Shown here: positions 1 through 10,054 of the stretch, piece after piece
Position numbering within the stretch: the first letter of the stretch is position 1
Layout: the number at the start of each line of letters is the position of its first letter
Assembly: GCA_051382295.1 (NCBI GenBank)
Contig: JBBCAW010000067.1
Coordinates: 1-44,397, forward strand
Direction of reading: 5' to 3'
Length of the DNA: 44,397 bases
Origin: Bdellovibrionota bacterium FG-1
Lineage (GTDB): Bacteria; Bdellovibrionota; UBA1018
The notes under the pieces: generated by a model
What the model saw: only the letters and a program-made list of their open reading frames with translations
Database searches by the model: none
What the model was told of the DNA's origin: nothing
Program-made: the position numbers and the translations under genes

Positions 1-103
1 GTATCATTTCGAACTTTACTGGGACTTGGAACTCTCCGGCCTGGATTAACCTATCGAGAAGTCTACAGCGTTGCGCGCAGCGCGAAATCTTCAAAAACAT
101 CAA

Positions 104-415
104 TTAAGTGACAACCGGATAAGCAGGTATTTTTCTTCGCTCATCCACAAGACCCTGGAGATAACTCGTCAGCTCGGGCGCGTATTGAAACTCGTCGATA
201 ATCAGAGGGGCCGGATGTCTGGCCAGAAAAGTACGAGGATCTTCGATGGCAAGTCTGCGTGTGTCGGGGTCTTCGAGCAAAACGTATTTGTACTCGGGCT
301 CGAGCGCCTGTCTGAGAAGCGTTGTCTTACCAACCTGCCGCGCACCGGTCAGTACAACAACCGGAAATTGCTTCAAATAACGACGGAGACTTTTCAAAAA
401 ATGCCGTTGATACAC
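104..415 (-). pseudogene. Truncated AAA+ ATPase (AAA_14/DUF4143 type), N-terminal fragment only
   Basis: Walker A GARQVGKT and Walker B LIIDEFQ are present. The ORF stops at 103 aa, where the family normally continues with ILTGS to about 400 aa. Confidence 0.75.
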
Positions 416-421
416 GAGGTT

Positions 422-467
422 AGACTACATTTGTCCAAAATGAAAGTCAAACTTTTAATTTGGACAA
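422..467 (-). promoter_or_regulatory. Sigma70-like promoter with an overlapping inverted repeat, upstream of the ATPase fragment
   Basis: On the minus strand: TTGACT(450-445)-N17-TAGTCT(427-422)-N6-GTG. Inverted repeat TTGTCCAAA(431-439)/TTTGGACAA(459-467). Confidence 0.55.
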
Positions 468-566
468 CCATCAGGAGTCGGCCTTCACGTCACCTATCTG
501 CTCTCAATCGACCTGTTCGCATCTGACGTCTGACTTAGATTCTTCATGTATTCAAAAAATCCCATA

Positions 567-1193
567 TTATTTTAAATGGATAGGGGAGAGCAGCTCACTC
601 ATGGGACGGCTGTGGCTGGCCAGCATTACAATGAATCCACGGCTAATTTCGTCGGTCAGTCCCTCGGACTCGAACAGGACTTTTACATCAAAGAGGTCGC
701 GAGGGTGCTGCCTGTCTAGGGCGGCGCAGAGTTTCCCTCCGTAGAGCTCTGCCTTTGAAACGACTGATATCTGGGCCGCAATACCAAAGAGCTCCTCTAC
801 GGATGCGGCCAGGCCTAGTTCCTGCGTAGCAAAGGCGTGACCTCGAATGACAGGATTGGGCTCGATCTTGATTTGTGCTTCCCGGCCGACTACATGGAGT
901 TTGGCGATGTGCTTTGTTCCGTGCACGAGACCAGGTTGGACTTTGATGTCGGGGTTTTTCTTCCGAATAGCGATCGCGATTCGACCGAGAGCCGGGCTCA
1001 CATTTTTGAGCGAAGTCTCCCATTCCTCGATCGGCAGGTAAGTGAGGTCGATATCGACGGAAAGCCTGGGCATATCGCGCACGAAGAAATTGATTGCCGT
1101 GCCTCCTTTTAAGGCGAAGCACTTTTCATCGGCCACGGAGGAAAGCATTTCGAGCATGAGGCGGGCGGGTTTGAAAAATGGGCTTTGTTTCAT
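567..1193 (-). pseudogene. abiEii: AbiEii-family nucleotidyltransferase toxin (type IV TA), probably C-terminally truncated
   Basis: Motifs FALKGGTAIN, RLSVDIDL, GGKLCAALDRQHPRDLFD. Ends at 208 aa after ELLSP, followed by further stops; this subfamily is usually about 300 aa. Confidence 0.75.
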
Positions 1194-1202
1194 ATGGCTC
1201 CC

Positions 1203-1982
1203 TCACGTGCCTTCTGAGCGGATTTCAGGAACGGATAACCTATATTGCGGGTCGTAGACGCCGCCTTCAGCGATCACCCGTTTGCCTTTTCCGAAGTCGA
1301 TCTTGTCCAGCTTGAGCTGTTTCACCCATTTGTGATTGCACGCCACGGCCAAGTGCATGAATAGCCTTTTGACCTTGATGGAGCCGCATGTTTCCAGAAG
1401 CGATTGCACGAGCAGGGGCCTCAGCGTCCTGAGTCCGTCCATGAGGAGCTTGGCTTCTTCGTATTCCTGGGGGTTTGGAACGAGTTGCAAGACTTCGAAC
1501 ATCGCGCGCTCGCGCGAAGATATCCGTATGGAGTAAGCGCCGCGCTCCAGTACGACGGTTCCGACGCCTGGGGGGCCTTTGAAAAGGTTCGGTGTTGTAT
1601 AGGTGAGACTGACTCCCCAATCATAGCTTTGAAACCAAGCGGGGAGTTTGGTCGCCGGGGCGCCAAAAAGAAAGACTTTGCCGCCTTTGCCAGTTGGAAC
1701 GAAGTGCGCCGCGCCCAGGAGCTCCAAGGCAGTTTTCGCCGCGGCGTGGACCGGTAGACGAAGTTGCGCCTGGATTGCATAGAGCCCGCCGGTCCAGTCG
1801 ATTTCATCGCCGACGCGTGCGACCGCTCCGCGGCCTACGGCTTTAAGCCAGCAGCTTGAACGGTATCGTTTAAGTAATTCGTCAGAAATGCCCTTGGTTT
1901 TGATGTAACTGCATGTAAAAACAGATGAATTAGGCCAGTGAGTGAGAAGTGAGTTTAGTTTGCTGCTATTTTCTGAACTCAT
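1203..1982 (-). CDS. abiEi: AbiEi-family antitoxin (type IV TA)
   Basis: Motifs SKLNSLL, W.GGLYAIQ.QL, SSRERAMFE, LR.LRP.LVQ.LLE.C.SIKVKRLF; lies directly upstream of abiEii. Confidence 0.9.
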   Translation of the reverse strand: MSSENSSKLNSLLTHWPNSSVFTCSYIKTKGISDELLKRYRSSCWLKAVGRGAVARVGDEIDWTGGLYAIQAQLRLPVHAAAKTALELLGAAHFVPTGKGGKVFLFGAPATKLPAWFQSYDWGVSLTYTTPNLFKGPPGVGTVVLERGAYSIRISSRERAMFEVLQLVPNPQEYEEAKLLMDGLRTLRPLLVQSLLETCGSIKVKRLFMHLAVACNHKWVKQLKLDKIDFGKGKRVIAEGGVYDPQYRLSVPEIRSEGT

Positions 1983-2189
1983 AGTACCTAGATTAGCAGC
2001 AATATAAACTAAACGGCAATCATAAGTTTAATATGATGCCTATTCAGGCACTTAAAGTACCCTAAGTAGACTTATAATAAACTATTGAGCCATGATCTCC
2101 TTTAATAAAATGCACCTATACCACGTACTACGTATTGGAAATCACATTGCTCAGATGCTTAGATTGCGAAAAAGAGGTATGATCTCGTT

Positions 2190-2441
2190 ATGTGCGCGGA
2201 CACAAAAACTTTATCTAGCTATGTATGGGTTGTCGTTGACCCAGACCTCCTCGGTGGCCAGCCCACGGTTAAGGGAACTCGTCTCTCGGTTGCCCACATT
2301 TTGGCATGCATGAGTGAGGGCATGACCGCTCAAGATATTGCGCGGGACTACCCAGGATTTCCGCCCGAATCCTTGCCTGAAGTTCTAAAATTTGCTTCCG
2401 ATCACATGGACAAATGCGGCTCTGACGATGTGGCTGCTTGA
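2190..2441 (+). CDS. DUF433-family antitoxin
   Basis: DPDLLGGQPTVKGTRLSV...GMT..DI..DYP signature. Confidence 0.9.
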   Translation: MCADTKTLSSYVWVVVDPDLLGGQPTVKGTRLSVAHILACMSEGMTAQDIARDYPGFPPESLPEVLKFASDHMDKCGSDDVAA

Positions 2442-2609
2442 CCACAATCTTCCTCAGCAGCCTATCGTGGTTGGGAGCGATTGCGAAATGGAGAACTTGT
2501 CGCCGCTTCGGCGCAGGCTGGATACAAGGCGATACTCACCCGAGACGTAAAGTTCGCACAAGCCGCCTCCCACGAGCTACCGAAATATCCTGACCTGGCC
2601 TCGAAATGA
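2428..2609 (+). pseudogene. Disrupted PIN-like toxin (DUF5615/VapC45 type)
   Basis: ATG at 2428 gives MWLLDHNLPQQ. Homology resumes in another frame (AYRGWERLRNGELVAASAQAGYKAILTRDVKF) and stops at 2607-2609, indicating an internal deletion/frameshift plus truncation. Overlaps the DUF433 stop. Confidence 0.75.
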
Positions 2610-2671
2610 GCTCTCAGTTGTGGTGCCCTTTCCCCCTTGAGAATCGCTAGGTACCCTTGTAGGGTGGCGCC

Positions 2672-3628
2672 GTGGCAAGATCCAAGCGCAGCCGATATTT
2701 AAAACCGCCTTCGCCGGTTGTGGTTTCCGCCACAGAAATCCGGGCTCTCGTCTGGGTGGATATGGAGCCGTTTCTTAAAACGGAACGCGCCAGATGCGAA
2801 AAAGTCGCATTCGAGCTGGAGCTGGTCAAACAAGACCTCGAGCGTTTTCGCACCGAATGGCAACCTGCCTACTCGCGTTGGTTCCATGGCAAGTTTGGTG
2901 AAAAGGTCACGCGGGTTCGGGATCTTGAAGCGCAAGTGTCTGAGTTAGAACACATCGTCACGAATGTGGAAGCCGAAGCTTTCGTTACCGGCCGCACTGA
3001 ACGATCCGTGTACGCACGGTATGAACAGATGAGGGCGGGCGCGGAAAAAATTGACGACCCCGGTGCCGACGACGAATTTCCACCCGAGGTCGAGGAGGAT
3101 GAACGAAGAGGCAGCGGACATCGCGCTCGCAAAAAGTCCACGGCAAAGCAGGAGGCGCGACCCTCTGAGGTGACCCCGGCAGACCTCCGGAGAAAACAAA
3201 TTTACCGCGATCTCGCGCGCAAATTGCATCCGGATGTAAACGTTACCCTTACGTTGCGCGAAAAAGAACTCTGGCACGAAGTGCGCGCCGCTTATGAGTC
3301 CAAAAATTTGGGCCAGCTCGAAACCTTGGCCGCCATGGTCGACAGTGGAGGTACGGCGGGATATTCTAAGATCGGAAGTATTTCACGTCTGCGGTCGATT
3401 TTTCAGGAATTTCAGAAAAATCTCAAAATCGCGCAAAAGGCGCTCCGGCAAGCCAGAAGAGAGCCATCTTGGAATTTTACCGAGACCCAAAAACAGCCTG
3501 GCAAACTCAGGGAGTTTTCGAGGCAGATCGACCACGACCTTAAGGGTGCCACCCTTGAACTTGAGGCTCTCATCACCACATACGAGCGGCAGGTCAAACG
3601 TTGGACGACCTCACGACGCGGGTATTAA
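2672..3628 (+). CDS. Coiled-coil protein with an internal J-domain
   Basis: YRDLARKLHPDVN (HPD motif) flanked by heptad-rich helices. Confidence 0.8.
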   Translation: MARSKRSRYLKPPSPVVVSATEIRALVWVDMEPFLKTERARCEKVAFELELVKQDLERFRTEWQPAYSRWFHGKFGEKVTRVRDLEAQVSELEHIVTNVEAEAFVTGRTERSVYARYEQMRAGAEKIDDPGADDEFPPEVEEDERRGSGHRARKKSTAKQEARPSEVTPADLRRKQIYRDLARKLHPDVNVTLTLREKELWHEVRAAYESKNLGQLETLAAMVDSGGTAGYSKIGSISRLRSIFQEFQKNLKIAQKALRQARREPSWNFTETQKQPGKLREFSRQIDHDLKGATLELEALITTYERQVKRWTTSRRGY

Positions 3629-3667
3629 ACAAAACCCGTGCCGTTACCTAGGCTGGGGGACCAGTTT

Positions 3668-5725
3668 TTAAAAAATCCCAAATTCTCGTGTTATGCCCTT
3701 GTACCGGGAGTGCTCGCCCGTCCAAAAATCTCGAGCGTATCCGTGGTGAACGATGCGATAGAGTCCCAGTTCAGCATCAACCGGAACAGACCATTCCACA
3801 ACGGCAGTGGAGCATTCGGGGCAGAAAAGCGAGAACGCTTTTTTCCATATGAACTGGGTTGAAAAGTCGGAGTCATCCGCAACCGTTTGCCATGCCCCAT
3901 CATTCATTTTCTGAACCTCGAGAAAACTGCGTTGAGTCAGAAAATTATTGCGCGGATTTCCGGCGCGAAACTGCGCTTGAACGGGTGTGCCACGAGCCAC
4001 CCTCTTGGGTGGCTGTAGTAGGACCATGCCCAAGTGCTCGCTCGCGGCGGTGCCATCGGCCGAGGTCGCTAGCAGGAGATTTGTTTTTGGCAAAGGAGGA
4101 AATTGGGGTTGCGAGGAGCCTTTACTGAAATAGAGCGGCGTATTTTCACTCATTGACCTGGCAAGATCGGCATAAATCTGCTGATAGCCGAGAAGGGTGT
4201 TTGGGCCAAAGAGCGTCGACGCCCCCTCGTACTGCTGTGAAGCGTACTCTTCTTTGGTCGTAACATAATGACTGTAGCTGTTTGACAGTCCAGCGATCAC
4301 AACGTGGTTGACTCCCGATGGGGCTAGACCCTCGAGCACGGTCGCCTTCAACCGGCGGCCAGCCATGGTCGTCAGTTCGGCCGGCACAGCCACAATTGCA
4401 AGACTGCCTATACGGAGTAGCTGCAGCGGAATACTCTGAGGCGTCCAAGGCGGGTTCATTAAACCTGTGCCGATCCAAATCGGTTTTGGGTAATGACAAC
4501 GTTCCAGAGCCGGCGAGCTTTTCAAAACAGTGGTCTGAAAAAAGGCCTGCGCGATCTTGATGCCAAGGCTGGGCTCAAAATCATCACCTTGCTTGAGGCC
4601 CTGTTTGTAGCCTTGCATCTCGTTAGGACCATCTGAGGCCCCTGCGACGAAAGAGTAGCCAAGTGCGCCATCGCAGAGACGTTCTGAGCCAACGTGGACA
4701 TCCGGAAAGCGCACCCACAGGTGACGAAAATCAATGGAAGAATGGAGCCGTTCACTGGCGTTGTCGTAAAGTTCTCGCGCCTTTTCGAACTGCAGGGAAC
4801 CGATGATTCGCGTCTTTTCAATATCATCGGGCACCCCCGCCCCTTGGGCTGAAAAAATGTCAGGCGAAACATCGCCCTCATTGGCGTTGGCAAATGCCGC
4901 AACAAAGGTTTGGTCTGAGGCATAATGGGTGCCTTTCAGGCGTTCAAACAAATATGCGGCGTAGCCTTTGTTATCCGAGCTGATGAGACGATTTGCCATG
5001 CTCATGGAAGTATTGTGCACGGCAAACCAATTGAGCATTCCGATGGGACGCCCGGCATCGGTGACGAATTTGAGCAGTACCATGCTCTCGTCCACGTCGG
5101 AATCATAAAGAGACGCGTCGGGATTCAGCTCATAGGCAATCGGGGCACGATTCTTTGAAGCACCCCTCAGCTTGCCTTCATGAATGAATACGGAACCGGG
5201 AGTCAGGTGGGAATAAGCTCGGACCACGGACTGGGTGATTCCGGCCACGATCACCTCGAAATTTTCAGGGTCAAAACCGAGCGACGGAAAATTCATCAGC
5301 TTGGACTCACTGTAGCCGCCTGGGCCGGAATGAGTGTGGACCGCACTGATCGTAAGATTATCTTCGGTAAAAATTTTCGGGTAAAACCGATCCAATCGAG
5401 CCACCACCGCGTTCTTCACTACGTCTGGCACCATGAGAAGGTCAGCATTCACAAATGCTATTCGCAAGCTGTGATTATTGTCTTCGATGACAAACGCGCG
5501 CGACCGCAATCGAGTATGAATCCCGCCAACCGTCTGATCAAATCGGCCATAACCGCTCAACGTTTGACCTGCGGCCGGGCCAGTGATGTCAAATACCCCT
5601 GAGCCGACAAGAAATTCACCTGCGATTCCTTCGGGAATATTGAAAAAAAGAAAAAATAGAAACCAAAAGGTAGTCCGCACCTTTTGGTTGAGGGACGCGT
5701 CAATTGGCTTGTTTTTGTACCGCAA
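3668..5725 (-). CDS. Neutral/alkaline ceramidase, probably secreted
   Basis: Motifs DITGP, GIHTRLRSRAF, HTHSGPGG, WFAVHNTSM, SSDNKGYA, EY..QQYEGASTLFGP; hydrophobic N-terminal signal-like stretch. Confidence 0.92.
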   Translation of the reverse strand: MRYKNKPIDASLNQKVRTTFWFLFFLFFNIPEGIAGEFLVGSGVFDITGPAAGQTLSGYGRFDQTVGGIHTRLRSRAFVIEDNNHSLRIAFVNADLLMVPDVVKNAVVARLDRFYPKIFTEDNLTISAVHTHSGPGGYSESKLMNFPSLGFDPENFEVIVAGITQSVVRAYSHLTPGSVFIHEGKLRGASKNRAPIAYELNPDASLYDSDVDESMVLLKFVTDAGRPIGMLNWFAVHNTSMSMANRLISSDNKGYAAYLFERLKGTHYASDQTFVAAFANANEGDVSPDIFSAQGAGVPDDIEKTRIIGSLQFEKARELYDNASERLHSSIDFRHLWVRFPDVHVGSERLCDGALGYSFVAGASDGPNEMQGYKQGLKQGDDFEPSLGIKIAQAFFQTTVLKSSPALERCHYPKPIWIGTGLMNPPWTPQSIPLQLLRIGSLAIVAVPAELTTMAGRRLKATVLEGLAPSGVNHVVIAGLSNSYSHYVTTKEEYASQQYEGASTLFGPNTLLGYQQIYADLARSMSENTPLYFSKGSSQPQFPPLPKTNLLLATSADGTAASEHLGMVLLQPPKRVARGTPVQAQFRAGNPRNNFLTQRSFLEVQKMNDGAWQTVADDSDFSTQFIWKKAFSLFCPECSTAVVEWSVPVDAELGLYRIVHHGYARDFWTGEHSRYKGITREFGIF

Positions 5726-5877
5726 AATATGGCCCCTAAGCTCTCATTGGGAGCAAAAACAGTAAGATAGAACAAGGTAATGCAATGCGCAAGGACTCTT
5801 TTCCGTCGCTAGGGGGGCTATGATTCCAGGTTGCATTTTTGATAGCAGGAGGCGATGGTCGCAAAAATAGTGTGCCA

Positions 5878-6591
5878 ATGAAAAAATCAAAAGAAGTATT
5901 TCATAAAATTGCCTTTTATTCCGGTCGCCTCTGGGGAGAGGGGAAACAAGCGATGACCCGTCTCAGTCAGTTCAAGGAGTCTCTTCCTGAAATGATTCGT
6001 CGCGGTTTGGTGTTTTCTTGTTTTCTGACCTTTGGTGTTTTTTTGCTCAGGGCGGGTTCTCTGGATCAGAGATTGCCGAGTCGAGAAAAAATTAAACAGA
6101 GATTTCGCAATGTCCTCCCCGAAGACATTGCGGAAAGGCTGGCCGAGGTGGTTACCGAGCAGAAGCGTTTCCCGACGACCTTTCAGATTAAGAAAATGTG
6201 CGAAGTCATGGGGCGCAGTCTTCCGCTAGAAAGTAAACAAGAGTTGTTAAAACTGTTGATTGCCTTTTTGCGGATTGATGGTGGTATTGAAATTCGGGAG
6301 CTTGAGGGGCTTCGTTGGGTAGCGGAAAAAATGGGGATGGAGCGCGAGGCGTTTGATCGGTTGTTTAATACTTTTTCCCCTAATACCGCCTTTGTCAATA
6401 CCGACTCTTTTTATGCGATCCTTGGGGTTGATAAATCGGCTTCTCCAGAGGAGATTCGACGAGCCTATCGGAGGCTGGCTTCCATGCATCATCCTGATCG
6501 ATTCGCCACTCAAAGTGCTGAAGTCCAACGGGCGGCGCATCATAAATTCATTGAGATCAATAAAACATTTCAACGGTTAAAAGGGAACTGA
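5878..6591 (+). CDS. DjlA-like co-chaperone (TM segment, TerB-like domain, C-terminal J-domain)
   Basis: One TM segment; DGGI...E...L..VA..MG TerB-like motif; YAILGV...EIRRAYRRLASMHHPD. Start could be 5839, 5878 or 5953. Confidence 0.8.
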   Translation: MKKSKEVFHKIAFYSGRLWGEGKQAMTRLSQFKESLPEMIRRGLVFSCFLTFGVFLLRAGSLDQRLPSREKIKQRFRNVLPEDIAERLAEVVTEQKRFPTTFQIKKMCEVMGRSLPLESKQELLKLLIAFLRIDGGIEIRELEGLRWVAEKMGMEREAFDRLFNTFSPNTAFVNTDSFYAILGVDKSASPEEIRRAYRRLASMHHPDRFATQSAEVQRAAHHKFIEINKTFQRLKGN

Positions 6592-6604
6592 CGCCGCGTT
6601 GATT

Positions 6605-7264
6605 TTATCCGATCCAAAGCCCTTCAATGCGAATTTGTAGGCCATTTGCCGTCCTATTCATATAGTTCACTAAGCCACTGTGTCGCCATTGAAGCATGCA
6701 CATCTTGGGTTGAAAGAAATAGCGCATGCCAATTTTGATTTCACTTCGGGTCTCCCTGATGATTCCTTCGTAGGCCTCCGCAATATAGTAGCCGAGATCC
6801 TTGAAACCTTTTTCGCGGGGATTCAAGGGGCCGGTCACGCACCAGACAATGACGCCTGTTTTGTGATCCACTTCCATGACGACGCCACAGTGAGTAATGG
6901 GGCAGCCACAAGACATGCCCAGTGGGCGGCCGATCAAGATGTCCCCGATTTGAACGTTCAGCTCGCGCGTCAGCATAGGATTATGGGGGATCATGACTTC
7001 ACGAGGGCCGGGGTCCTCGGGGAAATGCTCAAGATAGAAATCAAATTCTCGCCCCAGGCTGTCTTTCCACTCTGTGGCCCCATACTGAGTGGTGGGAGTG
7101 GTTTGGCAATCTCCGCAGGATCCGCATGCCGAGTTGGAGAGGTGAATGCAGCGCTTGATCAATTCTGGGCGCTCTTTCAGGCGGGGGGCAAACTCCGCAC
7201 AACTTCGATAGCCGCATAGGCCACAGTTCAGGCCAGGCAGGTTTTCCAATGTAATTTCAGTCAT
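6605..7264 (-). CDS. Fe-S cluster-binding protein (FeS domain plus Cys-rich C-terminal domain)
   Basis: LPGLNCGLCGYRSC..FA N-terminal FeS motif, plus CGCPITHC and CMLQWRHSG; overlaps the desulfurase stop. Confidence 0.8.
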   Translation of the reverse strand: MTEITLENLPGLNCGLCGYRSCAEFAPRLKERPELIKRCIHLSNSACGSCGDCQTTPTTQYGATEWKDSLGREFDFYLEHFPEDPGPREVMIPHNPMLTRELNVQIGDILIGRPLGMSCGCPITHCGVVMEVDHKTGVIVWCVTGPLNPREKGFKDLGYYIAEAYEGIIRETRSEIKIGMRYFFQPKMCMLQWRHSGLVNYMNRTANGLQIRIEGLWIG

Positions 7265-8460
7265 AAATGTCCTTTGGTAGATGAAGATAAATTTGTCGAA
7301 ATTCGCCGAAGCTGGGAGACCACTTTTGGTAAAATATTCAGAAAGTAATCGACGTCGGTATCCGTATTGAAACGACCCAGCGAGATGCGCAACGATCCGC
7401 GCGCCTGAATCGGATTCATTCCCATTGCCATCAACACAGATGAAGGTCCACCTGTGTGGTGGCTACTGCAAGCACTGCCGGAGGATACGGCAATTCCATG
7501 CTCGTCAAGGGCAAGCAAAACCCTGATTGCTTCGCCCTCTTGTCCTTGAAACCCGAAACAGAGATGCCCCGGAAGCCGAAGGTAACGATCGCCAATCAGA
7601 TACGCATTGGGAATGCTGGCCGTCACTGAATCAATGATTCGGTCTCGCAGGTCCACGAGTCGTGAGACTTCAGAAGTCATTTCTTGTTTTGCAATTTCAG
7701 CGGCGCGCCCCAATCCTAGGATTCCTGTTATGTTTTCCGTGGAGGGTCTGAGCCCCTGTTCTTGGCCGCCGCCATGGAGTAGGGGCGTGAGTTTCACTCC
7801 CTTCCGTACAAACAGTGCGCCGACCCCTTTGGGTCCATTGAACTTGTGACCTGAAAGCGAAAGTAAATCAATGGGCTGCGTTTTGAGATGAAAGGGAATT
7901 TTGCCCACGGCCTGAACCGCATCGGTGTGAAACAATACTCCGCGGTCACGGGTGATCCGTCCCAACTCCGCAATGGGTTGCAGGGTTCCGACCACATTAT
8001 TTGCCGCCATGACGCTCACGAGTCGAGTATCAGGTCGGATGGCCCGACTCAGATCCGATGGATCGACTAGGCCGGTTGCATTCACGGGTAAAAAGCTGAC
8101 CTCAACACCTCGGCGTTTCAACGCCTGGCAGGTCTCAAAGACGGCGGGGTGTTCAAAACTACTTGCGATGAAATGGCACCCTCCCTGCTTATTGGTTCCA
8201 ATACAGGTCTCGGCCACACCCGCCAGCGCCAGGTTTGCGGCCTCGGTGCCGCTACTGGTGAAATAGATTTCGTCTGGATTTCCGCCGATTAGATTCGCGA
8301 GTTGGACTCGCGCCTTTTCGATCACATCGCGAGCCATTCGGCCCGTGCGATGTAAACTTGAGGGATTGCCATAGTACTCAACCGAGGCTGCGTGCATGTC
8401 GCTCACGACTCTTGGATCGATCGGCGTGGTGGCTGCGTTGTCCAAGTAGACGTGATTCAT
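7261..8460 (-). CDS. iscS: Cysteine desulfurase (IscS/NifS group I)
   Basis: YLDNAATT, GNPSS, HTDAVQ, SGHK (PLP lysine), SSGSACSS catalytic loop. Confidence 0.95.
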   Translation of the reverse strand: MNHVYLDNAATTPIDPRVVSDMHAASVEYYGNPSSLHRTGRMARDVIEKARVQLANLIGGNPDEIYFTSSGTEAANLALAGVAETCIGTNKQGGCHFIASSFEHPAVFETCQALKRRGVEVSFLPVNATGLVDPSDLSRAIRPDTRLVSVMAANNVVGTLQPIAELGRITRDRGVLFHTDAVQAVGKIPFHLKTQPIDLLSLSGHKFNGPKGVGALFVRKGVKLTPLLHGGGQEQGLRPSTENITGILGLGRAAEIAKQEMTSEVSRLVDLRDRIIDSVTASIPNAYLIGDRYLRLPGHLCFGFQGQEGEAIRVLLALDEHGIAVSSGSACSSHHTGGPSSVLMAMGMNPIQARGSLRISLGRFNTDTDVDYFLNILPKVVSQLRRISTNLSSSTKGHL

Positions 8461-8461
8461 T

Positions 8462-9163
8462 TTATTCGCCGCGATAGAAGGTCTGATTATCCAACGGCCT
8501 GACTACGCCAAAGTGAGATTGCCAGCCGACTTCCTTCTTGCCGACACAAATGGTGCAACAGCCTACCGGTGGCGTGCCTCGCAGAAACATGCGTTCAGGT
8601 GCTGGTGCCGTAGCGAGGACGCGGGCGACCAGTGGGTCTATTCCAATGCCTTGGAGTGCATTGACTTCGTGAATGCGCACGTTGGGGGCAACTTCTTGAA
8701 TGCGGGCCCTAAAAACCTCGCGTTCAGCTTGGGAAACTCGATCGATTTTCGTGACCACGGCGACGTCAGCCAAGGACAGCATGGGGCCGACCTTTAAAGG
8801 AAGGTTCATTCCGCTGGTGGCTTCCAGCACCACGATCCCGAGTCCGCCATCAACGTAAGGAGCGCATCGCAGGCAAAGACCGGCCGTTTCTACTAAAAGG
8901 ACTTTGCAGTCCTCTTTTTTGGCCCAGGCTAGAGCATCGCCGAGGACCATGACGCCGCAGTGGTCAGGGCAGAGTTCGCCGGAGTAGATTTTTTTAGTGG
9001 GGATGCCGAACTCTTTGGCCAGTTGCTCGTCTTCCTCTGCATACTGAACATCGATTTTCAGAAAGGCGGGGCGAGTACCACCTTCAAGTAATCGGCGAAT
9101 CGTGTGTCGCAAAACCGCAGTTTTCCCAGTAGTTGCCGGTCCGGCGCAGATGACTAGGCGCAT
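8462..9163 (-). CDS. G3E-family (HypB/UreG/CobW-like) GTPase, Cys-rich
   Basis: GPATTGKT, ETAGLCLRC, TKID, ELCPDHC and C-terminal CCTICVG. Confidence 0.85.
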   Translation of the reverse strand: MRLVICAGPATTGKTAVLRHTIRRLLEGGTRPAFLKIDVQYAEEDEQLAKEFGIPTKKIYSGELCPDHCGVMVLGDALAWAKKEDCKVLLVETAGLCLRCAPYVDGGLGIVVLEATSGMNLPLKVGPMLSLADVAVVTKIDRVSQAEREVFRARIQEVAPNVRIHEVNALQGIGIDPLVARVLATAPAPERMFLRGTPPVGCCTICVGKKEVGWQSHFGVVRPLDNQTFYRGE

Positions 9164-9948
9164 GTGATTTCCTCCAAGGCCGTGGCGCCAAGTCTCTCAC
9201 CCCGGCGAAGTTGATCGCGCAGATGGGTCAACGCATCATCGAGCGCGCTGACGCGAAGGCCGCATTTTCGCTCGTTTTCATCGGTATGGAAGACCTCACT
9301 GATCGACCCGTCTTTAATGACGATGCGATAATCCGAGAGCAAGGCGATTCGCGGATCATGCGTGACGAAAATAAATATCTTTCGATGTTGGCGAAGGAGT
9401 TCGAGCGCGCGGGTACGGTTGATCCCGGCATTTTCGACCTCATCCAATAGGACGATCGGCGTGTTGCAGATAATCGTGGCATCGGCGATTAAAAGTGCCC
9501 GAGTTTGACCGCCTGATAGTTCGGTCATGCGACTGTGAATGGCCACTGGCTCTCCGGTGAGTTGGTTTGCGAAGGCCAGCGTTCGAGTGACCAGGTCTTC
9601 AATCTGTAAATGGTTCTTGCTGCGAATACGGGCGTGGGTACTCAGAAATTCTCCGACGGGCATATCGGATAAAAACGTGGTGTGTTGGGTGATGAGGGCG
9701 ATGGGGTTACAAGCGGGATCGTCGCGGAACTCCGCGGGTGGTTTTTCGCCGTTTATCAAAATACGTCGTCCTGTCGGAGTATTGGCGTCGGCAAATAATT
9801 CAATATCATTAATGAGCGTGGTTTTTCCGGCCCCCGTTGGGCCGACAATGCTCACTACGTCCCCCATTTTTAGGTCGATCCGTTGTATGGGTTCCGGTTG
9901 TCCTGACTTATTGCGCCCGCCAAAAATGGTGATACTTTCAATATTCAT
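9154..9948 (-). CDS. Stand-alone ABC-type ATPase
   Basis: Walker A GPTGAGKT, signature LSGGQ, Walker B LLDE, H-loop VTHD; no permease gene adjacent. Confidence 0.9.
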   Translation of the reverse strand: MNIESITIFGGRNKSGQPEPIQRIDLKMGDVVSIVGPTGAGKTTLINDIELFADANTPTGRRILINGEKPPAEFRDDPACNPIALITQHTTFLSDMPVGEFLSTHARIRSKNHLQIEDLVTRTLAFANQLTGEPVAIHSRMTELSGGQTRALLIADATIICNTPIVLLDEVENAGINRTRALELLRQHRKIFIFVTHDPRIALLSDYRIVIKDGSISEVFHTDENERKCGLRVSALDDALTHLRDQLRRGERLGATALEEITCA

Positions 9949-9970
9949 ACAGTCCTATCTTTAATGTAAC

Positions 9971-10013
9971 TAATATGACCGGCTTAGTAGTATAAGACGA
10001 GGCGGGTTGTCAA
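9971..10013 (-). promoter_or_regulatory. Putative Rrf2 operator, copy 1, with a TTGACA -35 element
   Basis: + strand TAATATGACCGGCTTAGTAGTATAA (9971-9995); tgtcaa at 10008-10013 reads TTGACA on the minus strand. Confidence 0.7.
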
Positions 10014-10054
10014 ATGTTGTTTTGTTCAATTAAGTGATCGGGGGCGTTGAAGGG

